DNA of 38,431 nucleotides from a virus (IMGVR_UViG_3300045988_147738:1-38431), one strand, 5' to 3'; shown: positions 7,980-15,831, numbered from the stretch's first letter. The notes: generated from the letters alone by a model not told the origin. Made by a program: numbers and translations.

Positions 7980-8636
7980 TCAAAACTTGGGAAAACATTT
8001 TACCTCAAAGGGTGCGTCCCATGCGTGGACGTTCTTGGTGTATCGCTTGTGCATCTTCTGACAGGCAAGGAAAATTTCCATTTCCTGCATAGCGTCAGAC
8101 AGGGCGGTGTGTTCTTCCTCAAAGTCAGGATTGCCGTGGAGATAGCCATACACCGCTTCGACAGAGGTTGCACAGGTCTTGCCATTCTTGGAACGCTTGC
8201 CATGCTCTCGGCAATATTCCGCATAGGACTTCTTGTGGGTGATAGTTTCCAGTGCCATAAGATACAGGTCGATGAACTCGAAAGTGTCCAGCAGGTCGCG
8301 GAAACAGGTCTTGCAGAAGTCAAAACCGGAATTGTATGCCATCACATAGCGAACGCCGTAATGGTCGCACAGGTTTTTGATTACCTCATAGGCTTCGCGC
8401 TCCGTGGCGATAGCGGAGATTTCACCAGCTTTGAGCCGTTCGGCATACTTGGGAAAATTCTTCTTGGCATAGCCATCGGTGGCGATTTCGTCATAATGCT
8501 CCATCACCAGCAGGGAAGTGGTGGCAAGGATTTCGCCCTTGCGGTCGTGGATAATCGCGCCCACATTATACATTCCCGTGGGGTGAGCCGCACCGCCTAC
8601 CGTTTCAGTGTCCAGCGTGCAGTAGATATTTTTCAT
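7980..8636 (-). CDS. DEDDh-family (DnaQ-like) 3'-5' exonuclease
   Basis: Exo I motif CTLDTETVGG, Exo II motif YNSGFDF and Exo III motif HTALSDAMQEMEIF. AAAAGGAG ribosome-binding site. Confidence 0.65.
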   Translation of the reverse strand: MKNIYCTLDTETVGGAAHPTGMYNVGAIIHDRKGEILATTSLLVMEHYDEIATDGYAKKNFPKYAERLKAGEISAIATEREAYEVIKNLCDHYGVRYVMAYNSGFDFCKTCFRDLLDTFEFIDLYLMALETITHKKSYAEYCREHGKRSKNGKTCATSVEAVYGYLHGNPDFEEEHTALSDAMQEMEIFLACQKMHKRYTKNVHAWDAPFEVKCFPKF

Positions 8637-8748
8637 TGTTCATTCTCCTTTTCTCTTGGTTGGGCTTACCATCGTGTCCCATACCTTAATTACATTACAT
8701 ATTATAGCAAATAGGGGCGAGATTGTCAACCCCTATTTGCTATTTTTT

Positions 8749-9194
8749 TTACAGGTTGCGCAGAATTTCCATAAGCAGGTCGGCATTGTATGCCATATTA
8801 TGGGTGTTTGCCGTCCACTCGTTGAGGTTGCGCTGTTCATCATCGAATAGAATAGACGCGGGGCAGGTGGCGCAGGTGGACTTGGGGACGCCATAGGGGA
8901 CAATATGGATTTCGTCCCACTGAACGCTGGGGAGATGCTTTGCCAGCCATTCTCGCTTGACCTCGGCTACTTCGGCATTGAACTTATCCGTTCCGCTCTT
9001 GGACAGCCAACTGATGATGCCGATATTGTAGCCACGCGCCTGTAAGCGGTTCAGATAGCGGGCGAGGGTGGAGAAGTGGACAAGCGGGCGGGCGTCCGCA
9101 TATACGCTCGTGTCCGCGGCTTCCAGCTTTGCCAGCCAGTTAGGGTCGCCATACAGGTCGGTGATAGTCCCGTCCATGTCCAGATAGATAGTCA
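8749..9194 (-). CDS. HAD-superfamily hydrolase-like protein (possibly a nucleotidase)
   Basis: N-terminal IYLDMDGTITDL matches HAD motif I (DxDGT). Start taken at MTIYLDMDGT with an AAAGGAAG ribosome-binding site. Proximal promoter at 9225-9262 (reverse complement TTGACAaatcgcgttttatcctgTATAAT). Confidence 0.5.
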
Positions 9195-9344
9195 TAGTAT
9201 CAACTTCCTTTCTTGATTGTAATGCTATTATACAGGATAAAACGCGATTTGTCAACAGTTTTTTCAATTCTGCTCTTGGTCATTTCGCACAAATTTTCGG
9301 GATGCGCGCTTGGGCAAATTTGTTCAATTTACCTATTGACAAAA

Positions 9345-9430
9345 TTGCTGGCAGGGTGTATAATGGAAATTTCGAGCGCCAGGGCCGTGGGCGCTCGGCC
9401 GAGTATACCACAAATAGGGGCGTTTGTCAA
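9345..9430. promoter_or_regulatory. promoter-hairpin module copy 6
   Basis: Plus strand reads TTGACAaaattgctggcagggtgTATAAT. Hairpin GCGCC-agggccgtgg-GCGC. Minus strand reads TTGACA-N17-TATACT. Confidence 0.7.
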
Positions 9431-9442
9431 TAGGTAAAATGA

Positions 9443-9475
9443 ACAAAAAAAATCTCCCAAATTTGGGAGATTTTT
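9443..9475. terminator. bidirectional terminator
   Basis: aaaaaaaaTCTCCCAaatttGGGAGAttttt. Confidence 0.7.
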
Positions 9476-9481
9476 CATTTA

Positions 9482-9696
9482 TTAACTCTTGACAGTGACG
9501 CGGAAGATGGAGCGCAGGATTGCGACAATGAGCCAAACCACCAGCACCAGTTTCCACGAGAACGCGATAACGAAAGAGCCGATGGACACGATGCCAATGG
9601 CGGGGAGAAGCCAGCAGAGAAGCCAGACCAGTCCAGCAGAGAACAGGAAGTCGATGCCAAGGCATACCAGTACCAAAAACAGAGCAGTAAACATTT
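9482..9696 (-). CDS. small membrane protein (about 71 aa, 2 predicted transmembrane helices)
   Basis: Hydrophobic MFTALFLVLVCLGIDFLFSAGLVWLLCWLL... AAGGAGGA ribosome-binding site before the internal ATG. Confidence 0.5.
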
Positions 9697-9707
9697 GTTG
9701 TTCCTCC

Positions 9708-9857
9708 TTAATAAATTTGTTCGCCGTTGTGGTAGCGTTCGTATCTCGCTTCAAGGAAGTCGAAAATGAACTCGAAGTCGTCCGCGTCCGCGGGGTCTAC
9801 GAACGTCTTTTCAAGGATTTCGCCAGTGTGGTCATTGAAAACTTTAATCATTTCCAT
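9708..9857 (-). CDS. small acidic hypothetical protein (about 49 aa)
   Basis: AGGGAGGA ribosome-binding site before MEMIKVFNDHTGEIL. Confidence 0.45.
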   Translation of the reverse strand: MEMIKVFNDHTGEILEKTFVDPADADDFEFIFDFLEARYERYHNGEQIY

Positions 9858-9923
9858 TTTGTTGTCCTCCCTTATTTGATGATACCATTCTAACACAGAG
9901 GGGCTGATTTGTCAACCCCTATT

Positions 9924-10394
9924 TTACAAATTTTTGCTTTCTGCCACGAAATATTTTGCGCCATATTGCGCCACAATGTCTTTGACCTTTTTGCTCTCGG
10001 CTTGCGTGGCACAATAGAAATTGAATAGCGTGTGTTTATTGCTAATCTCAATGTATGAATGGGGAATGTCTCGCAGGTCAAAATCCACAGCGGCACGATA
10101 CTTTGTGGGGACAGTCATTTCAATCTTCCACAATTTTTCCTTGCGCGCCAGCTCTTCCACCCACTTAACCGCCAGTACACCGATGAAATTACAGGCGGCG
10201 GTGATGCTCATTTTTGCCAGTGTAGAAACGCCGTCAATGTTGGTTAGGATAATGACATAGGAATAGAAGCCATAGGTCAGCGCATTGATACCGGCGGCTA
10301 CCCACTTATTGCCTTTGACAGTCAGAATGGATTTGATGGTGGACAGCACCACATTGATAGCGGTACAGACAATGAATAGGATAATTGCGTTCAT
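9924..10394 (-). CDS. membrane protein: N-terminal 3 transmembrane helices plus a C-terminal soluble domain (about 157 aa)
   Basis: Start at MNAIILFIV with an AAAGGAG ribosome-binding site. Promoter TTGACA-N17-TATTAT at 10415-10455 on the minus strand. Confidence 0.5.
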   Translation of the reverse strand: MNAIILFIVCTAINVVLSTIKSILTVKGNKWVAAGINALTYGFYSYVIILTNIDGVSTLAKMSITAACNFIGVLAVKWVEELARKEKLWKIEMTVPTKYRAAVDFDLRDIPHSYIEISNKHTLFNFYCATQAESKKVKDIVAQYGAKYFVAESKNL

Positions 10395-10536
10395 AATCAT
10401 CACTCCTTTTTCAGTATAATAATAATAACACATTTAATTGAAAATGTCAAGAAAAATTTTTGTCGTAGTTAAATTCTCACAAGATTAGATTTTTGTTCCG
10501 TGTAGTTAGTCAGGACTAAACCCAACAAGAGGGGCG

Positions 10537-10908
10537 TTAATGCCCCTCCGTCAGTTTATTATACATACTCCACAGCGTATCACAGGAATTGTTTGTGTTT
10601 TCAGCCATCCATACAATTTGTTCATCAGTCGGCAGGTATTTATCATTTTGAAAACCAAACCATCTATCACAGGACTGATACGCCTTATACTCGTCCTCTG
10701 TCAGCTTGCCACGCAACCACCAGTCCCAGCGGATAGAACTTATCAGAGTATACGCGCACGCGCCCGCGATAGTCAGGGTCAGGATGGCGACAGCCCCGTA
10801 CAGCACCAGCGTGGACTTTATCATACCATACACCAGCAGACCGAAACCGCACACAATGAGGAAATTGCACACCCATTTTTTGAGCGTCAGTTTCTGAAAA
10901 TCAGACAT
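10537..10908 (-). CDS. membrane protein (123 aa, 2 predicted transmembrane helices)
   Basis: AAGGAG ribosome-binding site. The stop codon lies inside the hairpin GAGGGGCgttaaTGCCCCTC. Confidence 0.5.
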   Translation of the reverse strand: MSDFQKLTLKKWVCNFLIVCGFGLLVYGMIKSTLVLYGAVAILTLTIAGACAYTLISSIRWDWWLRGKLTEDEYKAYQSCDRWFGFQNDKYLPTDEQIVWMAENTNNSCDTLWSMYNKLTEGH

Positions 10909-11119
10909 TTTCTCTACTCCTTAACATATTGTCGCAAAATTCATTGGAGAACTTCTCAGCGAAATCATCATCATAGGCGCGATTGGCAATGACTTCCATA
11001 ACCGTACTGATGCCGGACATAAAGTAGGGATTGCCATTGATGGTGTCATACCGCCCTTGGAACATAGGGCATTCACGCAGGTCTGCGAAAACCATCTGAT
11101 ACGCTTTCTTCAACTCCAT
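10901..11119 (-). CDS. hypothetical protein (72 aa)
   Basis: AAGGAGG ribosome-binding site. Overlaps the downstream gene start by 8 nt. Promoter at 11140-11200 (reverse complement TTGACTtctatcccgtaatacggTATAAT). Confidence 0.5.
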   Translation of the reverse strand: MELKKAYQMVFADLRECPMFQGRYDTINGNPYFMSGISTVMEVIANRAYDDDFAEKFSNEFCDNMLRSRENV

Positions 11120-11225
11120 TGTTCTTACCTCCTTGTTTCAGTATAGCCATTATACCGTATTACGGGATAGAAGTCAATCGTCAAAATGCACAAAATTGCG
11201 GTGAAAAATTTGTGAAGTATACCTA

Positions 11226-11275
11226 TTGACAAAAATGCCGGGCGCCACAATCGTGAGCGCGCGGCCGAAAATGTC
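11226..11275. promoter_or_regulatory. promoter-hairpin module copy 7 (degenerate, no clear -10)
   Basis: TTGACAaaaatgccGGGCGCCacaatcgtgaGCGCgcggcc is nearly identical to copy 2. Confidence 0.5.
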
Positions 11276-11331
11276 AAGTGGAAAATTATACAAAAATTGG
11301 GCTGGATTTTTGTTCATCCAGCCCAAATGAT

Positions 11332-11538
11332 TTACTTTCCTGATTTCGGCACGAAACCTCGGCAGAATTGACGACACCAGGTGCGCTCGTTCTTTCGCTT
11401 CATACATTTACTCTCACCCATACTGTTCATTACCTTGCCGTGGTTATAACCCCAGTATTCACAGTTGGAGCATCTTACCTTATCAGGCTCTACACAATAG
11501 CGGTCAGCCAGTTCAGTTCTGATTGCAAAAGTAGTCAT
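11332..11538 (-). CDS. Cys-rich small protein (68 aa), possible zinc-binding protein
   Basis: CxxC...C...C spacing. AAGGAGGA ribosome-binding site. Promoter reverse complement TTAACAaaccttttagggtgtgtTATAAT at 11560-11600. Confidence 0.5.
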   Translation of the reverse strand: MTTFAIRTELADRYCVEPDKVRCSNCEYWGYNHGKVMNSMGESKCMKRKNERTWCRQFCRGFVPKSGK

Positions 11539-11601
11539 TCGGGGCGTCCTCCTTCATTTGATGTATTTATTATAACACACCCTAAAAGGTTTGTTAATAA
11601 T

Positions 11602-11636
11602 TAAAATGAAAAATGTGGGATTTCTCCCACATTTTT
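11602..11636. terminator. bidirectional terminator
   Basis: aaaaATGTGGGAtttcTCCCACATttttttt. Confidence 0.7.
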
Positions 11637-11867
11637 TTATTTATTTTCTAACCGCATTTTGTCAGACCCGATAAGCGCAGCCAGCAGGTTTGAGGTATCA
11701 CGGACTTGGCTCATAGAATACTCTTCGCCAATGTTGGAAATAGCGTATTCTTGTTCGTAGTCATACATCAAATCAAAAAGGTGAGAAATAACTTCGCGGG
11801 CGTCTTGGAGTTTGTCCTTTTCCTCTTGGGTGAGTTGAACCTGAACGTTTGAGGTAATGATGTTCAT
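11637..11867 (-). CDS. small acidic protein, member 1 of a tandem paralog triplet (76 aa)
   Basis: AAAAGGAGA ribosome-binding site. Pattern I..V.V.LT.EE...L.DA..V/I..L.DLMYD.E.EY is shared with the next two genes. Confidence 0.5.
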   Translation of the reverse strand: MNIITSNVQVQLTQEEKDKLQDAREVISHLFDLMYDYEQEYAISNIGEEYSMSQVRDTSNLLAALIGSDKMRLENK

Positions 11868-11882
11868 TTGTTTTATCTCCTT

Positions 11883-12113
11883 TTATTTACTACGGATTTC
11901 CACTTTTTCAGTGGGGGCAAGCATTTGAAGCACATTAGCCGTAAGCGCGACATCAACTCTGTCATAGCCATTCCCGCAAGTATCGCTTACATACTCGCAG
12001 TCATTATCGGCGATGATGTCATACAATTCATTGAGAATGTCATAGGCGTCGCGCAGGGTTTTCCGCTCCTTCTCTGTTATTTTGACATAGATGGGGGCTT
12101 TAATAACTTCCAT
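11883..12113 (-). CDS. small acidic protein, paralog 2 (about 76 aa)
   Basis: MEVIKAPIYVKITEKERKTLRDAYDILNELYDIIADNDCEYV aligns with MEFIEAPIYVKLSDEERNSLNEVYTILNDLVNAAEENDCEYV in paralog 3. GAGGGAGG ribosome-binding site. Confidence 0.55.
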   Translation of the reverse strand: MEVIKAPIYVKITEKERKTLRDAYDILNELYDIIADNDCEYVSDTCGNGYDRVDVALTANVLQMLAPTEKVEIRSK

Positions 12114-12127
12114 TTTGTTTCCCTCCC

Positions 12128-12358
12128 TCAATTACTAATTTCTAGTTTTTCAGCAGGTGCGAACACTCGGCAGATTTCAGCAGCTTGGCTGAGGTCAAAC
12201 CGCCCGTAGCCATCGCCAGTCAACGGATTGCCCACATACTCGCAGTCATTCTCTTCGGCGGCGTTTACAAGGTCATTCAGAATGGTATAAACTTCATTGA
12301 GTGAATTGCGCTCTTCATCACTCAACTTGACATAGATAGGGGCTTCAATAAATTCCAT
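12128..12358 (-). CDS. small acidic protein, paralog 3 (about 76 aa)
   Basis: See paralog 2. AAAGGAGA ribosome-binding site. Promoter -35 inside the hairpin at 12395-12425. Confidence 0.55.
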   Translation of the reverse strand: MEFIEAPIYVKLSDEERNSLNEVYTILNDLVNAAEENDCEYVGNPLTGDGYGRFDLSQAAEICRVFAPAEKLEISN

Positions 12359-12429
12359 TTTGGCATTCTCCTTTCTCTTGGTATTATCTATTATAGCAGA
12401 AATGGGGCTTGTTGTCAAGCCCCAATTTT

Positions 12430-12753
12430 CTACTTCACCACATAAAATTCAGGGTGGCGTTCCTCATTCTTGCGGATACGCTTGACCAACTGCTGGGGCA
12501 GGCGGTTTTTGCCAGCACTCTTGTATATAGCGACAGCCCGTTCAAAAGTTGCGGGATATGCGGTGATGATGAAATTCTCATATAAGTCCAGCACCAAGAT
12601 GATGCCAGTCGAGAGCAAACGCAGTCGAGCGGTTTGGCGTTGGTCGATGACCTCAATCATCACGCGGTCGGAATATCCGAGGTATTCCTGTAAGAGGGCG
12701 AGCCGGTTAGCCCGCTCCTCTGTCAGATGGTTCGACATAGTGTAGTTTTCCAT
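12430..12753 (-). CDS. hypothetical protein (about 107 aa) terminated by TAG; a TGA follows 5 codons downstream at 12415
   Basis: The reverse complement reads gtg aag TAG aaa att ggg gct TGA. This is the only TAG stop among the early genes. Confidence 0.45.
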   Translation of the reverse strand: MENYTMSNHLTEERANRLALLQEYLGYSDRVMIEVIDQRQTARLRLLSTGIILVLDLYENFIITAYPATFERAVAIYKSAGKNRLPQQLVKRIRKNEERHPEFYVVK

Positions 12754-12754
12754 A

Positions 12755-12931
12755 TTACCACCCCATATTGAACACGAAGCGCACCAGACCGATACAGGCA
12801 ACGCCATATAGGATAGAGCCAACGAGGAAGTGCCAGTCGTGCGTCTGACGATAGACCATATACCCGCCGACACACTGAACGCCAGCGAAGCCAGCGAGGG
12901 CGAGGATTGCGAGGATTGCGATAGTAGCCAT
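12755..12931 (-). CDS. small membrane peptide (58 aa), not in the supplied ORF track
   Basis: MATIAILAILALAGFAGVQCVGG... with an AAAGGAGG ribosome-binding site. Promoter reverse complement TTGACAacgcccagtaggtgtgcTATACT at 12950-12990. Confidence 0.5.
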   Translation of the reverse strand: MATIAILAILALAGFAGVQCVGGYMVYRQTHDWHFLVGSILYGVACIGLVRFVFNMGW

Positions 12932-13049
12932 TGTGAATGACCTCCTTTAATTGATGGTATAAGTATAGCACACCTACTGGGCGTTGTCAACCGTCAAATT
13001 GCACAAATTTTGGGATAAAAAATTGTTGAAAATACCGAACACAAAACGC

Positions 13050-13145
13050 TTGACAAATTGGCTGGGCTGTGGTATAATGGTAAATTTCGCGCGCCAGGAC
13101 CGTGGGCGCGCGACCGAGTATAACACAAATGGGGCAGAATGTCAA
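13050..13145. promoter_or_regulatory. promoter-hairpin module copy 8
   Basis: Plus strand reads TTGACAaattggctgggctgtggTATAAT. Hairpin GCGCGCC-aggaccgtgg-GCGCGC. Minus strand reads TTGACA-N17-TATACT. Confidence 0.7.
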
Positions 13146-13223
13146 TAGGCAAAATCACCAAAATTTTCAACCGAATTATGGGCATAATGCCATATAAAAA
13201 AAACAAGGGCTTTCGCCCTTGTC

Positions 13224-13415
13224 TTAGTAGCCCCGCTTTTCCAGTCTTTCCAGCCTATCGGCGAGACACCGCGCCAGCAGTACCTTTTTCCATTTCATCA
13301 GCTCGGCTTTGTTGCCCTCGGTGTTCGCCCAGATGCCCCAAGTGATGCCCTCGTTGATGATTTCCGCTTTCTTCATACCCATCAGGTTTTCGAGATACTG
13401 TTCAAAGTTTGTCAT
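13224..13415 (-). CDS. hypothetical protein (about 63 aa)
   Basis: Start at MTNFEQYLENL with an AAGGAGG ribosome-binding site. The leader CATCAAATGAAGGAGG matches that of gene 11332-11538. Promoter reverse complement TTGACAaatcccgaaataggtgcTATAAT. Confidence 0.5.
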   Translation of the reverse strand: MTNFEQYLENLMGMKKAEIINEGITWGIWANTEGNKAELMKWKKVLLARCLADRLERLEKRGY

Positions 13416-13526
13416 AGTCTTGCGACCTCCTTCATTTGATGGTTTAATTATAGCACCTATTTCGGGATTTGTCAATACCTTTTTCAAAATTTTTTCAAAA
13501 AAAAATAGGGCTTTCACCCTATTATT

Positions 13527-13835
13527 TTAGCAATAGGCAAGCGTCATAGTCGCCCATTTCAGCACGGAAATTTGATTACACGCTCTGTCGATTTCCATTG
13601 CTTCACGCTTCGTTGCCACGCGCTTGCTTCGGTCAACGAAATAGGTTCCCTCGCTCAGCCACACCCCACAGTTGCCGCCGAACTCCCGAACGGCGTCAAT
13701 GGCTTCCTGTGCGGTCTTGCATTCCACGCCCTCCGTGGCAACCTGCCAGCCGGATTTATAGTTTACCTTTTTGCCCATTTTGAGGGTCAGCCCATCATTA
13801 TTGCCCAGCTTGCGGATAGAACGAATGTTAATCAT
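13527..13835 (-). CDS. hypothetical protein (102 aa)
   Basis: AAAGGAGA ribosome-binding site. Promoter TAGACA-N17-TATAAT at 13860-13910. Confidence 0.55.
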   Translation of the reverse strand: MINIRSIRKLGNNDGLTLKMGKKVNYKSGWQVATEGVECKTAQEAIDAVREFGGNCGVWLSEGTYFVDRSKRVATKREAMEIDRACNQISVLKWATMTLAYC

Positions 13836-13954
13836 GTGTGTATCTCCTTTGTTGTTTTGTTGTATTCATTATAACACGCTTATTTCATTTTGTCTATTGG
13901 CAAACTATACAAATCGGGATTGCGAATTTTGTGCGAAATTTTCGCATTTTTCTC

Positions 13955-14020
13955 TTGACAACTGGTGGGCTGCTGTGGTATAATATTTCGGGGCGCCACG
14001 TGCTTGATGAGCGCGACGAT
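13955..14020. promoter_or_regulatory. promoter-hairpin module copy 9, followed by an iteron-like TTTTAACAATCC at 14027
   Basis: Plus strand reads TTGACAactggtgggctgctgtggTATAAT, then hairpin GGCGCC-acgtgcttgatga-GCGC. Confidence 0.55.
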
Positions 14021-14064
14021 GCTCGTTAAAATTTTAACAATCCAATAGCAAAAAAATAGGACGC

Positions 14065-14253
14065 TTATTCAGCGTCCCAAGTCAGGATTTCCTCAGCGGT
14101 CAAGTCGTAAGGAGCGATTGCCCTTGCCAGTCTCTGTTCAGCGTCAGCGGAGAAATTCGACTGATAGTAGTAGTCCATCAGATTACAAATGCCAGCCCAA
14201 TCATCAGCGGGGATTTCGTCAATGATGTTCTCGATTTCATAGATGTTCTTCAT
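14065..14253 (-). CDS. small acidic hypothetical protein (62 aa)
   Basis: GAGGT ribosome-binding site. The stop lies inside the terminator hairpin GGACGCTtattcAGCGTCC. The promoter at 14275-14325 is a near-duplicate of the promoter at 13860-13910. Confidence 0.5.
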   Translation of the reverse strand: MKNIYEIENIIDEIPADDWAGICNLMDYYYQSNFSADAEQRLARAIAPYDLTAEEILTWDAE

Positions 14254-14367
14254 TTTGTGTACCTCATTTCTTAATTTCTGTATTCATTATAACACGCTTA
14301 TTTGTGTTTGTCAATAGTTTTTTTCGCATTTTATAAAAAAGATAACAGGACTTGCGCCCTGTTTATT

Positions 14368-14562
14368 TTATTTAATTTTCAGAATTTCCTTGCCCAGCTT
14401 GCCGGACTTGAATACACGGCGAACGCTCACGATGTTGGCTTTCCGCAAAAAACCTATTGCGATATTGTGGGCTTCGTTGCCCGTGCGGGCGATGATGGAG
14501 AGCGTCTGCCCCTCGGCATTGATACAGATGTAGGTATTAGCGATAGTGCGTGTCATAGTCAT
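14368..14562 (-). CDS. hypothetical protein (about 64 aa)
   Basis: AAGGAGGA ribosome-binding site before MTMTRTIANTYICINAEGQ. Confidence 0.45.
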   Translation of the reverse strand: MTMTRTIANTYICINAEGQTLSIIARTGNEAHNIAIGFLRKANIVSVRRVFKSGKLGKEILKIK

Positions 14563-14569
14563 TTCCTCC

Positions 14570-14808
14570 TTAATACATTTCCTCGGACTTATCAAGATAG
14601 AAATGGTCAATCTTGGTCATGTCCAGCAGTTCGTACTTTTCCACACCCTCGGCAAGCATAGCGTTCAGCTTGTCCACCAGCTCTGTGCCATTGTCCTTGC
14701 GTGCCTGAACAAACAGAAAGTCAGAACAGGTTTTCTCCCATTGTGTACCCTTGTTGTAGACAACAGGCTCTTTCGTGGTGTAGCAGACTCCATAGATGTT
14801 AGACATTG
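14570..14808 (-). CDS. hypothetical protein (about 79 aa)
   Basis: AAAGGAGG ribosome-binding site before MSNIYGVCYTTKEP. Promoter reverse complement TTGACAaattgccccaagtgtgcTACAAT at 14840-14880. Confidence 0.5.
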
Positions 14809-14879
14809 TATCGTCCTCCTTTGTTTTACTGTAATCATTGTAGCACACTTGGGGCAATTTGTCAAGAGGTTTTTTCAAA

Positions 14880-15735
14880 AATAACCTATTTATTTTCGGG
14901 ACAGAGATTGTGATTATTTTAACAATCGGATTTGCGATTTTTTTCTTTAACACTTTAACGTGGTGAAGTTAGGAGCGCGGCGTCCGTGTTCGGCATCCAA
15001 CAGCGAATGTGAAATTTTTAACAATTAAACAGCACATTCACCACATCCACACATTGTGAAATTTTTAACAATCTTGCTCGGTCAGCGAATGTATCAACTG
15101 TGCCGTGTGTATCCTCCTTGCTACCTGTGCAAGCGCACTCTTTACTCTCTTGCTCTTGGCTCTCACATTGTTAAACTTTTAACAATCTTGCTCGCTCCTC
15201 TGTGAGAGCTGTGTGTTGCGGGATGCGCGCTGTTCAGCGCTTGCGCCCTTGTGTTATTTGGCAATTGTGCGAGGGCTTATCCTTGGGCGATTAGGGCCGT
15301 TAACGATGATGAACCCAAAAGAGAAATAGAATACCTGCATTAGATTTGTTGGTGCGCGGTTCCCGGTGTACCCGACCGGTGGGAAGCGCGTCCGCTCTCT
15401 TATTGTTGGTCTACTCTCTCTCCCTACCTACTACCATAGCCCACCCCACCCCATACCCTACCATACCATACCATACTACTATACTACATTGTTAATACAT
15501 TAACAATGTATCTATCATTGTGTTGTGTTGTGTGTGTTGTTCTCTTTGTCTGTTGGTCGCTCGCTCGTTGGCTCGCTCTGCCTTGTCCACTGTGCCGTGC
15601 GTGTCCTTGTCCTCTCTTGGTTGAGTGATTGTTAAATTTTTAACAATCTCGCTACATCGTTAAATTTTTAACAATCTTGCTACATCGTTAAATTTTTAAC
15701 AATCTTAGGGCAACAAAAAACCTCCCTCAATGAGG
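14880..15735. promoter_or_regulatory. ORF-free iteron and palindrome region: candidate origin of replication, packaging site or partition site
   Basis: At least 7 copies of the TTTTAACAATC(T/C)TGCT iteron at 14913, 15016, 15063, 15172, 15641, 15667 and 15693; the last three are tandem with a 26-bp period. Perfect 24-bp palindrome ACATTGTTAATACATTAACAATGT at 15481-15504. A G-free C/A/T tract at 15417-15478 and a G/T tract at 15516-15557. GC-rich hairpins at 15200-15400. Confidence 0.5.
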
Positions 15736-15831
15736 GAGGCAGATGAGGCACATCAGGATGCCAGTACCCGCGACAACAGCGACCGCGGTAATGAAGCGCA
15801 CGACTTTGTAGATGATAGACATAGACTATTC
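15735..15831 (-). CDS. 31-aa hydrophobic peptide
   Basis: MSIIYKVVRFITAVAVVAGTGILMCLICLPH with a GGAGGA ribosome-binding site. Terminator hairpin CCTCCCTCAaTGAGGGAGG plus a T-run immediately downstream. Promoter TAGACA-N17-TATAAT at 15836-15880. Confidence 0.4.

Noticed and set aside
2995-8714. Long plus-strand track ORFs in the early region (2995-3492, 3638-3973, 4753-5382, 8025-8714 and others)
   Set aside because: They are antisense to minus-strand genes that have ribosome-binding sites, promoters and recognisable domains. They are shadow ORFs of GC-rich coding sequence.
12430-12990. Track ORF 12430-12990 as a single 186-aa protein
   Set aside because: Its 5' half overlaps, in another frame, a well-supported 58-aa membrane peptide gene that has its own ribosome-binding site and promoter. 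The downstream protein most likely starts at the ATG at 12753.
15638-15720. Three tandem 26-bp repeats that could be read as a mini CRISPR array
   Set aside because: There are only three units, the spacers are near-identical (gctacatcg), and the same motif is scattered irregularly over 800 bp. They are better explained as iterons.
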